NCBI GenBank assembly: GCA_965277715.1 | Contig: OZ255836.1 | Location: 2,336,001-2,400,000, forward strand | Direction: 5' to 3' | Source: Gammaproteobacteria bacterium | GTDB lineage: Bacteria > Pseudomonadota > Gammaproteobacteria > JBCCGL01 | Length of the DNA: 64,000 nucleotides | Shown: piece by piece, positions 31,275-42,389 of the stretch | Position numbering within the stretch: position 1 is the first letter of the stretch | Layout: every line of letters starts with the position of its first letter | Position numbers and translations under genes: made by a program | Notes under the pieces: model-generated | What the model was told of the DNA's origin: nothing | Database searches by the model: none | What the model saw: only the letters and a program-made list of their open reading frames with translations

Positions 31275-32102
31275 TTACATAATAGGGAGCATGCCCTTGT
31301 CTGCATGGGTAAACCCGTTGACCTTGGGATTATTGGTAACATTGATATAGGCATCGATACTCATATCTACCGGTACCCAAATCCATTCTTCATCGATCCA
31401 GGAGAGTTGGTGTAACTGGATATGCATGGTGTAGGCATAGGTTCCGGTTTTCGATGAATCCACAGAACCACACCAATACCAGCCATCGGTTACCAGTTCG
31501 GGAGAGCCATATTCAGCCACATACATGACTTTTTTATCCACGGCTTCACCGGTAATATCGGTAATGATCGGGCTTATGGAACTGACCTCAGGCATCGATG
31601 TCTGGATGTCACTGACCAGTTCGCCGGTGACATCAATAATCTTTTGCCCGGCAGTACCAAGATCACGTTTGGTACCCTGGTACTTATTTTTGCGTTTGGT
31701 CTTGATACCGGTATTGGCGGTAATTCTTTTCAGTTCCTCCAGAATGGAGGCTGTATCGGCAAATCTATTTTCTTCGGTGCTTTCAACCCTGTCTGCCAGT
31801 GCTTTAATTTCGTTAATTGCTCTAAGATCGCTGTGTTTTGATTTATCGGCAAGAAAGCTTTTAGGCATGGTTGGCGGAATAGAACCAAGCGCCACGGGTA
31901 CCCAATTTAATATCTGTTCATTTGCCATGCTTCCATCTAGCCAGTGGCTGCCATTAAGCCTGGAAACCAAGGCATCGGTTCCCAGGGCTTCAGACCCCTG
32001 TAATTTCATATTGTCGAACATGTAGGTGTTGTTTTTTAATGTGTTGGCCTCGATTGCGGCTTCCACATCGATCATTACGACGACGCCGAGTTGTTGGCTC
32101 AT
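31275..32102 (-). CDS. AidA/PixA-like hypothetical protein, paralog 2, with a central charged insertion
   Basis: MIDVEAA..TYMFDNM..GSEALGT..ILNW..YWCGSV..GTYAY. Confidence 0.58.
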   Translation of the reverse strand: MSQQLGVVVMIDVEAAIEANTLKNNTYMFDNMKLQGSEALGTDALVSRLNGSHWLDGSMANEQILNWVPVALGSIPPTMPKSFLADKSKHSDLRAINEIKALADRVESTEENRFADTASILEELKRITANTGIKTKRKNKYQGTKRDLGTAGQKIIDVTGELVSDIQTSMPEVSSISPIITDITGEAVDKKVMYVAEYGSPELVTDGWYWCGSVDSSKTGTYAYTMHIQLHQLSWIDEEWIWVPVDMSIDAYINVTNNPKVNGFTHADKGMLPIM

Positions 32103-32176
32103 AGCCTTTCCTCCTCAATTAAAATTGTGTTGCTACTAAAAATACTAAAATACTGTACTGACGGTATGTTTCAGGC

Positions 32177-32617
32177 CTACGCCTTAATACATTTCAAAGA
32201 CGGTGTATCGACAGACATAATGCTGTTAACCCCCCCATACATCTGCAACTCCAGGTGGTATTTATACTCAACACCCGGCACCATCCAGTAAGGCACAATG
32301 CCCTCCCAGACATTTAGGTGAATAGTGTCACCTTCAGCATTCACCCGGTCTGTTGAGGTTTCTTCAAGGCTATAGCCATCAGGTCCTATAAAAGAAATTC
32401 GCCGGATGGCAACAGGCGTCTGCAGGTCGAGCGCCACCATATGCCAATAGATGGTCTGCCCTGGGGAACACAGCGTACATAAATCAGCCGTTCCCTGATC
32501 CAGGCTAGAATAAGGACTGTTATCCATCATGCAGAGGTTGCCATTTAATAGCGTTCCACCTGAAAGTGCCTCTATGACATCGGTAACACAAAAGATAGTT
32601 ATTTTTGATTTCATCAT
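32177..32617 (-). CDS. AidA/PixA-like hypothetical protein, paralog 1
   Basis: VTDVIEA..LCMMDNS..DQGT..GQTIYW..VWEGIV..GVEYKY..PSL; start placed at MMKSK after a CAGGAG RBS. Confidence 0.6.
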   Translation of the reverse strand: MMKSKITIFCVTDVIEALSGGTLLNGNLCMMDNSPYSSLDQGTADLCTLCSPGQTIYWHMVALDLQTPVAIRRISFIGPDGYSLEETSTDRVNAEGDTIHLNVWEGIVPYWMVPGVEYKYHLELQMYGGVNSIMSVDTPSLKCIKA

Positions 32618-32645
32618 TGTTCTCCTGATAAAGTTAAAAACTGCA

Positions 32646-34217
32646 TTAAAATACATCCCTGACAAAAGGCACTTTCCCTAATGGTGTTCTGAAAATTTCA
32701 TCGGACCATCGGTTAACCAATTTAATGTCAAAACAGTATCCTGTATTGTCGAGATAACCGGTATTCGCCTCCCCTCTGTTGAATATTGACAATGCACTCG
32801 GTAAAGCACCGAAAAACAAATGTTTTATTCCTTCGGGATCAAGCCTGTTTTTCATTTGTGGCGCCAAATTATCAGCGTTGTCTACCGACGCTATTAACAA
32901 TAAGGTTTTTGTTTTTCGGTTATTTAAAAATTGAATTTCATGCGCCTGGGTTTCCAGGTCAAAAATACCCGCTGCTTTTAATCCGTGACACAAGGCGGCA
33001 TAAACCGGGGAAGCAGGAAATTGCGTATCACCAAGATGAATCACATCACCACTGCGACCCAGGAATTCAAATTGTTGGGTTTTCAATCCCGGCCCACCCA
33101 AATTGGGCCGACGGATCACCCGATCCCCTGATTTAAACCTTAAAAACGGCGTTTCATGGGCATGCAGACGGGTAACAACCAATTCGCCTTCCTCCCCTTC
33201 GGCGACCCAACGCCCCTGCTCATCGACCACCTCGACCAGATGCAGGCCTGGCACTGCGCTCAAATAAGGCGATTGCGGCGTTAGCTGTAAACCGATGGCT
33301 TCATTTTGAACCGTGGCAAAGTAACTGAGGATAGTGATATTGGGGTAAAGCGCTTTGAGTTCCTGCCGCTTGCGATGCGGTAACACCCCACTGCCGTACA
33401 TGGCAACCCGAAAGCTCTCCCTCGCTTCCGGGGTCAGGCCAATACCGAGATCAACCAATATGGCGATACCGGCAGAAATGGCCATAATCGCTTTCGGTCC
33501 CTTGTATGACATCATATGCTGGTAGACTTCCAGGGCCATGGGGCCTGCGCCAATATAGTTAATGCCCGGGATATTTTGTAACACGCCACCCACCATGGTG
33601 CCGCTACTCCACATTTGAAAATCTGCCAGGGTGGTAGCTACCCACTTGGGATCATCCCCTGCCAGGTAATCACGCAGCATATAGTTGCCGATAAAATCAC
33701 CGGCAAGTTTGTAGGTATCCTGCAACTCCCTCAACGAATAGACCATTTCCACCGGCGCACCTTCTGTGGTGCCACCACTGGCGACTATTTCGAAACCACC
33801 GTAATTTAATGGCACAACCATTCCAGGTCTCGTGCCCATAAAAAAATCACCCATGATTTTTTTGTCGGAAACAGGTAATTGCTGCCATTCTTCAAAATTT
33901 CGAGGCGCAGATTTCAACCCTGAGCACGCAATCAATTCCTTCCAAAGAGGATTGAGCATTGCGGTATTGGTCATTTGCTGTAAGCGCCGCAGCACCAATG
34001 CATTTTGAACCGCGTGGTCAATTTCACTGTAGGGCGCCTTAAAAAAACGCTCGCATTGTTTTATTTTTTCCATAAACGAGGGTAGCTTCGCCACCTCATC
34101 AATTGATTTTGGTATCAATTCTCTGGTAGGTATTAGCTGTGCAATCTTCTCTTCAATCGTTTTACCATCCTGGACGACAGGGTTTAGAAGGGTGTCTTTT
34201 GCACCGGATTTAGCCAT
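32646..34217 (-). CDS. PaaK/F390-synthetase-like adenylate-forming ligase (ANL superfamily)
   Basis: P-loop-like ASGGTTEG, GEEGELVVT, RFKSGD, FLGRSGD. Confidence 0.82.
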   Translation of the reverse strand: MAKSGAKDTLLNPVVQDGKTIEEKIAQLIPTRELIPKSIDEVAKLPSFMEKIKQCERFFKAPYSEIDHAVQNALVLRRLQQMTNTAMLNPLWKELIACSGLKSAPRNFEEWQQLPVSDKKIMGDFFMGTRPGMVVPLNYGGFEIVASGGTTEGAPVEMVYSLRELQDTYKLAGDFIGNYMLRDYLAGDDPKWVATTLADFQMWSSGTMVGGVLQNIPGINYIGAGPMALEVYQHMMSYKGPKAIMAISAGIAILVDLGIGLTPEARESFRVAMYGSGVLPHRKRQELKALYPNITILSYFATVQNEAIGLQLTPQSPYLSAVPGLHLVEVVDEQGRWVAEGEEGELVVTRLHAHETPFLRFKSGDRVIRRPNLGGPGLKTQQFEFLGRSGDVIHLGDTQFPASPVYAALCHGLKAAGIFDLETQAHEIQFLNNRKTKTLLLIASVDNADNLAPQMKNRLDPEGIKHLFFGALPSALSIFNRGEANTGYLDNTGYCFDIKLVNRWSDEIFRTPLGKVPFVRDVF

Positions 34218-34238
34218 AAGGTGTTTCCTCTTGTTAAT

Positions 34239-35792
34239 TTAACGCGTACCCATTAATTTTTGTGTCAGCAGTGCCTGCCCTGCCCGCCTGATTTCATCAA
34301 GTAACATATTAAAATGACGAATGTCGGCCTCGTGGTTCATAAAAACCACGCGCAGAGCGCCTGTATTATTAATATCAACCTTGGAGATAAAAAATGTCCC
34401 TTCAGATTTAATTCTATTTCTGATGGCAACCTGAAAATCGGGAAAAATGATGGCATTAAAGTTTTGGGGTAAGTACTGGAAAACCAGGATATTCGCTTCC
34501 GGTTTATGCAGGACAGTAAAATCCTGTTGTCGCTGAAGTGTCCGGTATGCCTGCCAGGTAAGCTCACACAGGTATTCAATTTTATCGGCGAATACGCTTT
34601 TTCCGTACAGTGCCCACAATACCCAAAGCGCCATAATCATGGGCCTTTTGGTGCACTCAAAATTCTTTTCAGCACTGTCAAATTCGGTATAAATATCTGG
34701 TTTTTTTTCAAACACATAACTGGCTTCCTGGTGAAAAGCACCATAGCTTTTTTCTTTGTTTTTATAAAAAAGCAACGTGCATGGCGCGGGCACAAACATC
34801 ATTTTGTGCGCATCCCAGATAAACGAATCCGCCTTTTCAATACCTTTCAGTTTATGCCGGTGTTTATCGGCAACCAGTAAGCTGGCACCGTGCGCACCGT
34901 CAACGTGGAACCAGATATTCTTTTCCTGGGTAATCTCCGCCAGTTCATCAATTGGATCAAAAGCGCCAATAGATGTATTCCCTGCCGAAGCCACCAGACA
35001 AAAGACCTCTAACCCCCGTTTCTGTGCGGCATTAAGGGTGGGCCTGACTTTTTCTATACAAATTTGCCGCGCCCGGTTAATCGGCAACCGGACGATTTGC
35101 TCCTCACCAATGCCCAGAATGCCCGCAGCCCGGCTGACGCTGTAATGGGCATCATCACTGATAGCAATAGCCGGACGGGGCTGCCCACTCAAAGCAGGCA
35201 TTCCCTCAGACCAGACATGAGGAAAGCGGTCATTCCTGGCGGCTAAAATAGCGGTTAAGCTGGCCAGCGATCCACCGGAGGTGGTCACCATAGTGAAATG
35301 TCCGGGTTCCCAACCAATAAACTGATTCAGTTCATCCGCCATAATGCGTTCAGCCACATTTGGCAGTTGTGCCGCTTCATAGAAAGAGGCAGGTTGGTTG
35401 ACCGTGGCACTGATAAAATCGATTACGCTGGCCAAAGGAATGACACCGGAAAATTGCCGCCCCATATACCCTGGGGAATGCACCTGAATCCCCGTTTTAA
35501 TATATAAATCGATAATTTCCTCCAGTTTCTTTTCATCCATAAAATCAATCTCTGCATGACTGTCGATCATCAGTTTTTTTGCCTCCTGCAATAATGTAAG
35601 AGGGTCAGTCAACTCAAGCCCTCTGATGGAGGTATCGTTTAGATAGTTCTCCAGTTTGGTAATAGCAAGCTCCGCATGTTTTCGAAACGATTGATAACCG
35701 AGGGCATCGTGCCTGGTGTTTGTGCGCTTATCTGCATTGTCTCTGTTGACAAAATAATGCTGACAGGCGTCTATGGCATTTAGGTTATTCAT
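34239..35792 (-). CDS. Group II PLP-dependent amino-acid decarboxylase
   Basis: HSPGYMG, TSGGS, AHYS, HVDGAHG, WDAHKMM (PLP lysine); start placed at MNNLN because the longer frame runs into a MITE. Confidence 0.92.
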   Translation of the reverse strand: MNNLNAIDACQHYFVNRDNADKRTNTRHDALGYQSFRKHAELAITKLENYLNDTSIRGLELTDPLTLLQEAKKLMIDSHAEIDFMDEKKLEEIIDLYIKTGIQVHSPGYMGRQFSGVIPLASVIDFISATVNQPASFYEAAQLPNVAERIMADELNQFIGWEPGHFTMVTTSGGSLASLTAILAARNDRFPHVWSEGMPALSGQPRPAIAISDDAHYSVSRAAGILGIGEEQIVRLPINRARQICIEKVRPTLNAAQKRGLEVFCLVASAGNTSIGAFDPIDELAEITQEKNIWFHVDGAHGASLLVADKHRHKLKGIEKADSFIWDAHKMMFVPAPCTLLFYKNKEKSYGAFHQEASYVFEKKPDIYTEFDSAEKNFECTKRPMIMALWVLWALYGKSVFADKIEYLCELTWQAYRTLQRQQDFTVLHKPEANILVFQYLPQNFNAIIFPDFQVAIRNRIKSEGTFFISKVDINNTGALRVVFMNHEADIRHFNMLLDEIRRAGQALLTQKLMGTR

Positions 35793-35816
35793 TTTAATTA
35801 CCGGAAAAAAAACTGA

Positions 35817-35957
35817 AGGAATGTGCATTGAATAATTTACGTTTTTATAATATTTTTTGAAAAACCAGACACTTTTTAATAGCGCACTCAAGCCAGCTCA
35901 GTTATAAGGTAAATCAATGAATTTACGAATCCCGTAATTTATTTAGTGCACGTTCCT
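35817..35957. repeat. MITE family B (~140 bp), copy 1
   Basis: Imperfect terminal inverted repeats AGGAATGTGCATTGAATAATT and AATTTATTTAGTGCACGTTCCT; aligns with 58308-58447 and, inverted, 40482-40605. Confidence 0.75.
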
Positions 35958-35996
35958 AATAAATTACCCCTGGATAATCCAGAATTTTTCTACATA

Positions 35997-37198
<1,202 letters not shown>

Positions 37199-37259
37199 TT
37201 TTTAGTTCCATATAATTCTGGCATACCTTATTAGCGCAGAATCAATTGTGGTGCATAAA

Positions 37260-37433
37260 CCTAAATTCCTCAGTTGAATCTACTGCGAGCACCTAATGCA
37301 CAGAATCTAAAGCGTTTTTACCCGCATTTTAGCAATCCTGTAGAATCACTACAGGATTGCTAAAATGCGGGTAAAAACACTTCATCTTCAGCACCTTAGA
37401 CGCCCTCACTACGATTCAACTGCGGAATTTAGG
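37260..37433. repeat. MITE family A (174 bp) with a perfect internal 30-bp hairpin
   Basis: Termini CCTAAATTCCTCAGTTGAATC and GATTCAACTGCGGAATTTAGG; stem 37314-37343 / 37349-37378. Confidence 0.88.
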
Positions 37434-37495
37434 TTAAAGCTTATAAACGAAGAACCTGCCGGGTTTAGCCATTCCTCGCGAAGGAAAGACCGTTT

Positions 37496-38203
37496 TTAAC
37501 CACCACTCCGATACACACCGATATGGCGTGAAAAAAACAAATTATCGGGCGCCCAGACAACTACCTTATCCCTGCCGCTGGTTTTCGCACGGTAAAGTGC
37601 CTTATCCGCTTTTACGATTGTCATATCGCCGTCATCTTCCGGCGCCCAGGCTGCCACGCCAATAGACGCGCTAATGGAAATTGAATGCCCACTGCAAAAA
37701 GTGAATTTGTTCTCTCTGATACTCCGGCAGAGTCTTGTGGCGTATTGCTTTGCTTCCTCAACAGAGGTTTTAGGTAGTAATAAAATAAACTCCTCACCAC
37801 CAAACCGACCGCAGGCATCGCTCTCCCGGCTATTGGCCTGTAACAGTTCGGCAACCCTCTGAATCACCCGATCACCAATAGGGTGGCCATGGTTATCGTT
37901 TACCTGTTTAAAAAAATCAATATCCAGAATAATAATACTGAAAACATCATCATAACGTTTGGCCCGGGCAAGCTCATCCGTGTATTTTTCATTAAAGGCA
38001 CGCCTGTTTAACAGCTTCGTTAAAAAATCGGTATCCGCCAATTCCTTTAGATTTTTCTCAATGCTGCTCCGTACTACAGCTTCAGCTTTTAATCGTTGAT
38101 TTGAAACAGCCAGCCAAACCACCGCAACAGCCATAACAGAAAACGACAAAAAAATTAATATTTTTAAATCAAATACCACAGCTGAAAGCGCCAATAACAT
38201 CAT
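37496..38203 (-). CDS. Membrane-anchored diguanylate cyclase (GGDEF)
   Basis: DIDFFKQVND..GH..GD, RESD I-site, GGEEF, ADKALYRAK. Confidence 0.93.
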   Translation of the reverse strand: MMLLALSAVVFDLKILIFLSFSVMAVAVVWLAVSNQRLKAEAVVRSSIEKNLKELADTDFLTKLLNRRAFNEKYTDELARAKRYDDVFSIIILDIDFFKQVNDNHGHPIGDRVIQRVAELLQANSRESDACGRFGGEEFILLLPKTSVEEAKQYATRLCRSIRENKFTFCSGHSISISASIGVAAWAPEDDGDMTIVKADKALYRAKTSGRDKVVVWAPDNLFFSRHIGVYRSGG

Positions 38204-38312
38204 CCAAAAAAAAAATAAAACCTGAAAATGTGCATAGAAAGCACAAAAAATTAATTTTTTTATGCAAACAATTTAACTAATCCGTATTAAATTAAAGGGG
38301 TTTCTAAGTGCG

Positions 38313-38981
38313 CTATTTTGGGTACTTTGCGTGATCGTTTATCAGTTCAAGGCGCCTGATTCTTTTTGTAGCATCATCCAGTTTTAATTGAATTAGTTCG
38401 CGTTCACTCTGCTCTTTTTGAATAACTGCTTTAAAAAGGCTATCTATCTCACGGCTACCTAACATGTTATTTTTTAGGTGGTCCATTTTCTTATGGAGAT
38501 CGGCCACAGCCAAAAGAGCGCGTTCAGCGGTTGTGGCAACCTGGGAAATTTTACTGTCCGTTTGGACGAATGGCCGGGTGCTCTTTTCAAGAAACTTCAT
38601 GCGCTGATCAAACCTGGCACTGGAGGTTACCAATGTCTTGATTTCCATACTGCTATTTTCCAGTGCCTCCAGTGCTTTCAGAGCCGCATCTATTTCTGGA
38701 TGACCGGTAGTCTCGTGATTCAATACACTCGACGCCAATCGGCGGGCCTCGTCTTCATGGTCGCTGTCCAATCTTTCAATCTGGCTTCGGATAGGATCAA
38801 CCTGTGAATTTATCAACCACATTACCCCGGATAAAATGACCACAAGCAAGGTGGCCATTGTGCCGATATAAGAGGCAGGTAGTTTGCCACTGGCTACCTG
38901 CAACGTGGTTACCTGAATAGAAAGTTCCTTGACTTCGTTTTTTATCTGTGAAAATTCATCGGCTGATATGTCGTCGGTCAT
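38313..38981 (-). CDS. Hypothetical single-TM coiled-coil protein
   Basis: One hydrophobic segment (MATLLVVILSGVMWLI), then heptad-rich helices; follows the holin. Confidence 0.6.
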   Translation of the reverse strand: MTDDISADEFSQIKNEVKELSIQVTTLQVASGKLPASYIGTMATLLVVILSGVMWLINSQVDPIRSQIERLDSDHEDEARRLASSVLNHETTGHPEIDAALKALEALENSSMEIKTLVTSSARFDQRMKFLEKSTRPFVQTDSKISQVATTAERALLAVADLHKKMDHLKNNMLGSREIDSLFKAVIQKEQSERELIQLKLDDATKRIRRLELINDHAKYPK

Positions 38982-39168
38982 TAACTATTACTCCACTTCT
39001 TATAGTCGTTTTATAAACAGTAAATAGCCATGAGGTCTGTATTGAACGGGTAATTCATTCACTTAGCACCTATGGTTAAAACGGTAGAAAATTTCATTTT
39101 TTTATCTTTTCAAAAAAGCGATGAAATACCGTGATAGCGTACCGTGACAGGACTGCCAATAAATTGCT

Positions 39169-39603
39169 TTAGACTTTCCGGGTGTCGGTTTTTTTGGTTT
39201 TATCAAACGAACGCATACCGGCAATACCCAGCATACCGGTGATAATGGTATAGAGCATTTGTGGTTCCATTTGCGGTGGTGGTGATACCGGGTCGAGCCA
39301 CAATAACATAGGGTAAACAATAAACTGATAAGCCAGGGCTATCGCCCCGATCCAGCCGATAGCCGGTCGCCAACCGGCGACAAACAAGTTACCACTGCGG
39401 GCCTCTTCTTTATTCACTTCGGTTTGGGCAACGTTTTGCTGGGCAACCAGTTGGGCTTCTTTATAGTCGTATTCGCGCTTTGCCTTAAATCGCTCCAGTT
39501 GTTGCTCTAAACGCTCTTCATCAGACGTAAACAGCTTGTCCACCACGCCGCCCACCGCTTCAACGACGTTACCACCTTGAAATAATGTACTCAGAAAACT
39601 CAT
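39169..39603 (-). CDS. 3TM holin family protein
   Basis: DKLFTSDEE, FVAGWRPAIGW, GMLGIAGMRSFDK. Confidence 0.88.
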   Translation of the reverse strand: MSFLSTLFQGGNVVEAVGGVVDKLFTSDEERLEQQLERFKAKREYDYKEAQLVAQQNVAQTEVNKEEARSGNLFVAGWRPAIGWIGAIALAYQFIVYPMLLWLDPVSPPPQMEPQMLYTIITGMLGIAGMRSFDKTKKTDTRKV

Positions 39604-40088
39604 GATGCAGCCCCCAATGCCCGGTTAATCCAACCGAGTAAAAAACGTCGTTGTGAACTATTGCGTTGGCAGATGGCGACATAGCGCGCAATCTTGGCCA
39701 GTGTAAACTGGGCGATAAACGACCCGTTGTTTACCTGCTGTAAACTCGCGACGGTTTGATTGCCGATAATGCCGTCTACGGGTTCGATATCCAGAGCCAA
39801 CTGCACCAATCTTGCAGTGGTGCGCGGCCCCATATTGACAGCGGTATCAAAAATTGCTTCGGCAATAGCCTGGTCATTTATCGCATCACCCTGGATTTTG
39901 TCCCAGTAATCCGCTTTATAAATCTCTTTCGCCTGAGTCTCGCTCAGGTTGCGAATATCGACATTAGGGTAACTGCGTTGAGAAATGCCGTAACGGGTCA
40001 ACCCTCCTCTATCATTGGGGTCATCGGTAATTTTTGCCCCCCCTTCATGAATCAGGGTTTTGACAACGGCCTGTTCGAAATTAGCCAT
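39600..40088 (-). CDS. Glycoside hydrolase family 108 lysozyme with peptidoglycan-binding tail
   Basis: HEGG..DDPNDRGGLTRYGI, FDTAVNMG, DGIIG, FLLGWINR. Confidence 0.92.
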   Translation of the reverse strand: MANFEQAVVKTLIHEGGAKITDDPNDRGGLTRYGISQRSYPNVDIRNLSETQAKEIYKADYWDKIQGDAINDQAIAEAIFDTAVNMGPRTTARLVQLALDIEPVDGIIGNQTVASLQQVNNGSFIAQFTLAKIARYVAICQRNSSQRRFLLGWINRALGAAS

Positions 40089-40481
40089 AAAGTGCGTCTC
40101 CTGGTGTCAGCGATGCTTTATTACACCGCCTACTGTATAAAATAATGTACCTTCAGTGATTGCTATGTTTTTTTATAAACACCACGCTACCGCCCTACAA
40201 ATGTACATGTATGAAATAAAAAATATATTTGAATTATTTCCGTGATTAGATAATCACGGAGGGCAAAAACCACCTGATCGATGTTTTGATAAACCCAGGC
40301 ACTTCGCTTCGCCGCTCAGCGTTCAAGTGCTGGGCAAAATTCGAGTATAGGCAAATGGAATTTTCAAATTTCATATTTTTTCACTAATTTTTCATATTTT
40401 GTCATTGTTTTTTATCCATAAAGGTTGTTAAAATTATTTTTAATATCCCTAAATGAATGAAGGTTTCTTTCCCATTAAATC

Positions 40482-40687
40482 AAGAAATGCGCACGAAATA
40501 AGTTCCGGGATTTGTAAATGCATCGATTTGTTTTATTGCTGAGTTGGTTGGGCGTGTTATTTAAATAACACGATAAAAGCGGGAATTATCTCGTGTACGC
40601 TCCTTATCTTGCTTTTATCAGTCTTTGTATTAGTCGCTTATTGGCTGGTATAGAATAAAAGCGGAAATTATTTCATGCACATTCCTT
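40482..40687. repeat. MITE family B copy 2 (40482-40605) plus an extra end (40655-40687)
   Basis: Aligns with the reverse complement of 58308-58447. Confidence 0.75.
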
Positions 40688-40798
40688 AGCTCACAACATG
40701 TTTATACAACACATTAGCCCCATGCTCAGTCACGCTCTACTCAAAGTTATCTGCAACGAAAGAGACATACACCATGGCAAGTGACCGTCTACTTGAAT

Positions 40799-41677
40799 CT
40801 AAAAAAACCTCGCCTCAGCCAACACCCCAACTCCACCATCAACAGCATTCGCCCAAAGCACCATTTTCTCTCCCTCCCATTTTCCAGAAAACACAATCGA
40901 TGCTGTATCAAACAGTGGGGATACCGCCCGAAATGAATAGTGGCTAATCATATTAGCCGGATTCGCCTGCACCGCCAGCTCAAACAATAACGTACCACTC
41001 AATGGGCCATGAAAAACCAACCCTGGATAGCCTTCAATATCCCGACAGTAGTCCTTGTCGTAATGGATGCGGTGCCCATTAAACGTCAACGCCGAATAGC
41101 GAAATAACTGTATGGGATCGGGGGAGTGTTCCCGCGTCCACTCAGGGTTTTCCGGTATTGCCAGTGGCGGTGCCTGAACGGCACCCGGCACCGGGTCTTC
41201 GCGGTAGACAATATCCTGCTGCTCGGTGAAACGACACTCACCGTCAACACATAATTCATGCTGTACGGTCACAAAACACAGTGTCCCGCTACGGCCTGAT
41301 TTCACTGCGACATTGTTGATCGTCGACACTTTGGTAACACGTTCACCGATTATCAATGGTTTGTGAAAAGTAAACCGCCCACCGGCCCACATGCGCCGTG
41401 GCAGCGCAACCGGCGGCATAAATCCCCCCAGTTTTGGATGACCTTCACGCCCCAGTGAGGACAGTGGTACAGTCTCTGGAAAATAAACCCAGTGCCACAG
41501 CCCAGGCAGCGGATCGCCCTCCTGCAAACTGGCCTCACGATCCAGCGTCACCTGTAGCATACGCGCCTGACGCGCATCGATAACATCCACACACCGCTCG
41601 GTTTTCCCCAGCCACTGCTTTAACACGGCCTCATCAAGACTCAATTGACTCACACCACCCCCATTTTGAAAGTTCAC
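40799..41677 (-). CDS. Double-hotdog acyl-CoA (de)hydratase (HTD2/mesaconyl- or itaconyl-CoA hydratase-like)
   Basis: LPRRMWAGG, LFRYSALTFNGHRIHYD..Y...EGYPGLVFHGPL; true start may be slightly downstream. Confidence 0.88.
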   Translation of the reverse strand: MNFQNGGGVSQLSLDEAVLKQWLGKTERCVDVIDARQARMLQVTLDREASLQEGDPLPGLWHWVYFPETVPLSSLGREGHPKLGGFMPPVALPRRMWAGGRFTFHKPLIIGERVTKVSTINNVAVKSGRSGTLCFVTVQHELCVDGECRFTEQQDIVYREDPVPGAVQAPPLAIPENPEWTREHSPDPIQLFRYSALTFNGHRIHYDKDYCRDIEGYPGLVFHGPLSGTLLFELAVQANPANMISHYSFRAVSPLFDTASIVFSGKWEGEKMVLWANAVDGGVGVLAEARFF

Positions 41678-42276
41678 CCTTCACGCCGCCACACCAAAAT
41701 ACGGTTATTCGCTGGCATGGCATAATCCCGCAACAGCGAAAATCCCACCGCTACCGCCAGTTGATCGACATCTTCAAAATTGCGAATGCCGCTTAAAGGG
41801 TCGCGTTGACGCAACATTGCATCAAACTGTCGATTACTTTCGCTCGTGTACTGATTGTTGTAGTTAAACGGGCCGTACATAATTAATTTGGCGCCTGGTG
41901 ATGCGACATTAACAAGCCCCTCAAACAAGTGAATAACGTGTTGCCAGGACATGATATGAATGGCATTGGCACAAAACACACCGCCGACGGTCATGGCAGG
42001 CCATTGTTTACTGCCAACATCCAGTTCAAGTGGTGGTGGCAGTTTGTCGCTCCCCGCGTGCTCGATCCAGGCGCGAATGCCGGGGAGGTTTTCCGCCAGC
42101 TCGGTTGTCTGCCAGTTTAAATGCGGCATTTTTTCGGCAAAAAATACGGCGTGCTGGCCTGTGCCACTGCTTATTTCCAGTACATTCTGTGGCTCGCTGA
42201 GCTGCTCTTTTAATACGTCGAGTATGGGTTGTTTATTTTGATCGCAGGCGGCTGCATAAGGTCGGTTTTTGGTCAC
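41674..42276 (-). CDS. DUF938 family SAM-dependent methyltransferase
   Basis: VLEISSGTGQH, NAIHI, YGPF, MPANN; start placed downstream of the terminator. Confidence 0.88.
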   Translation of the reverse strand: MTKNRPYAAACDQNKQPILDVLKEQLSEPQNVLEISSGTGQHAVFFAEKMPHLNWQTTELAENLPGIRAWIEHAGSDKLPPPLELDVGSKQWPAMTVGGVFCANAIHIMSWQHVIHLFEGLVNVASPGAKLIMYGPFNYNNQYTSESNRQFDAMLRQRDPLSGIRNFEDVDQLAVAVGFSLLRDYAMPANNRILVWRREG

Positions 42277-42338
42277 TACCTGCTCCTGACAAGTACGATG
42301 TGAATATTTATTGTATACCGCCTGCTTGTTCGCAGACC

Positions 42339-42363
42339 AAAAAAAGGCGGCCAATTGGCCGCC
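42339..42363 (-). terminator. Rho-independent terminator after the DegP-like gene
   Basis: GGCGGCC-AATT-GGCCGCC hairpin followed by T7 on the minus strand. Confidence 0.8.
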
Positions 42364-42389
42364 AAATAGCGTTACGGGGCGTGCAAGCC

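Noticed and set aside
35793-35891. Longer N-terminus of the decarboxylase in the ORF track
   Set aside because: The extension lies mostly within a MITE-B copy.
38313-40088. Intact prophage
   Set aside because: Only lysis-type genes are present; no structural, packaging, replication or integrase genes.
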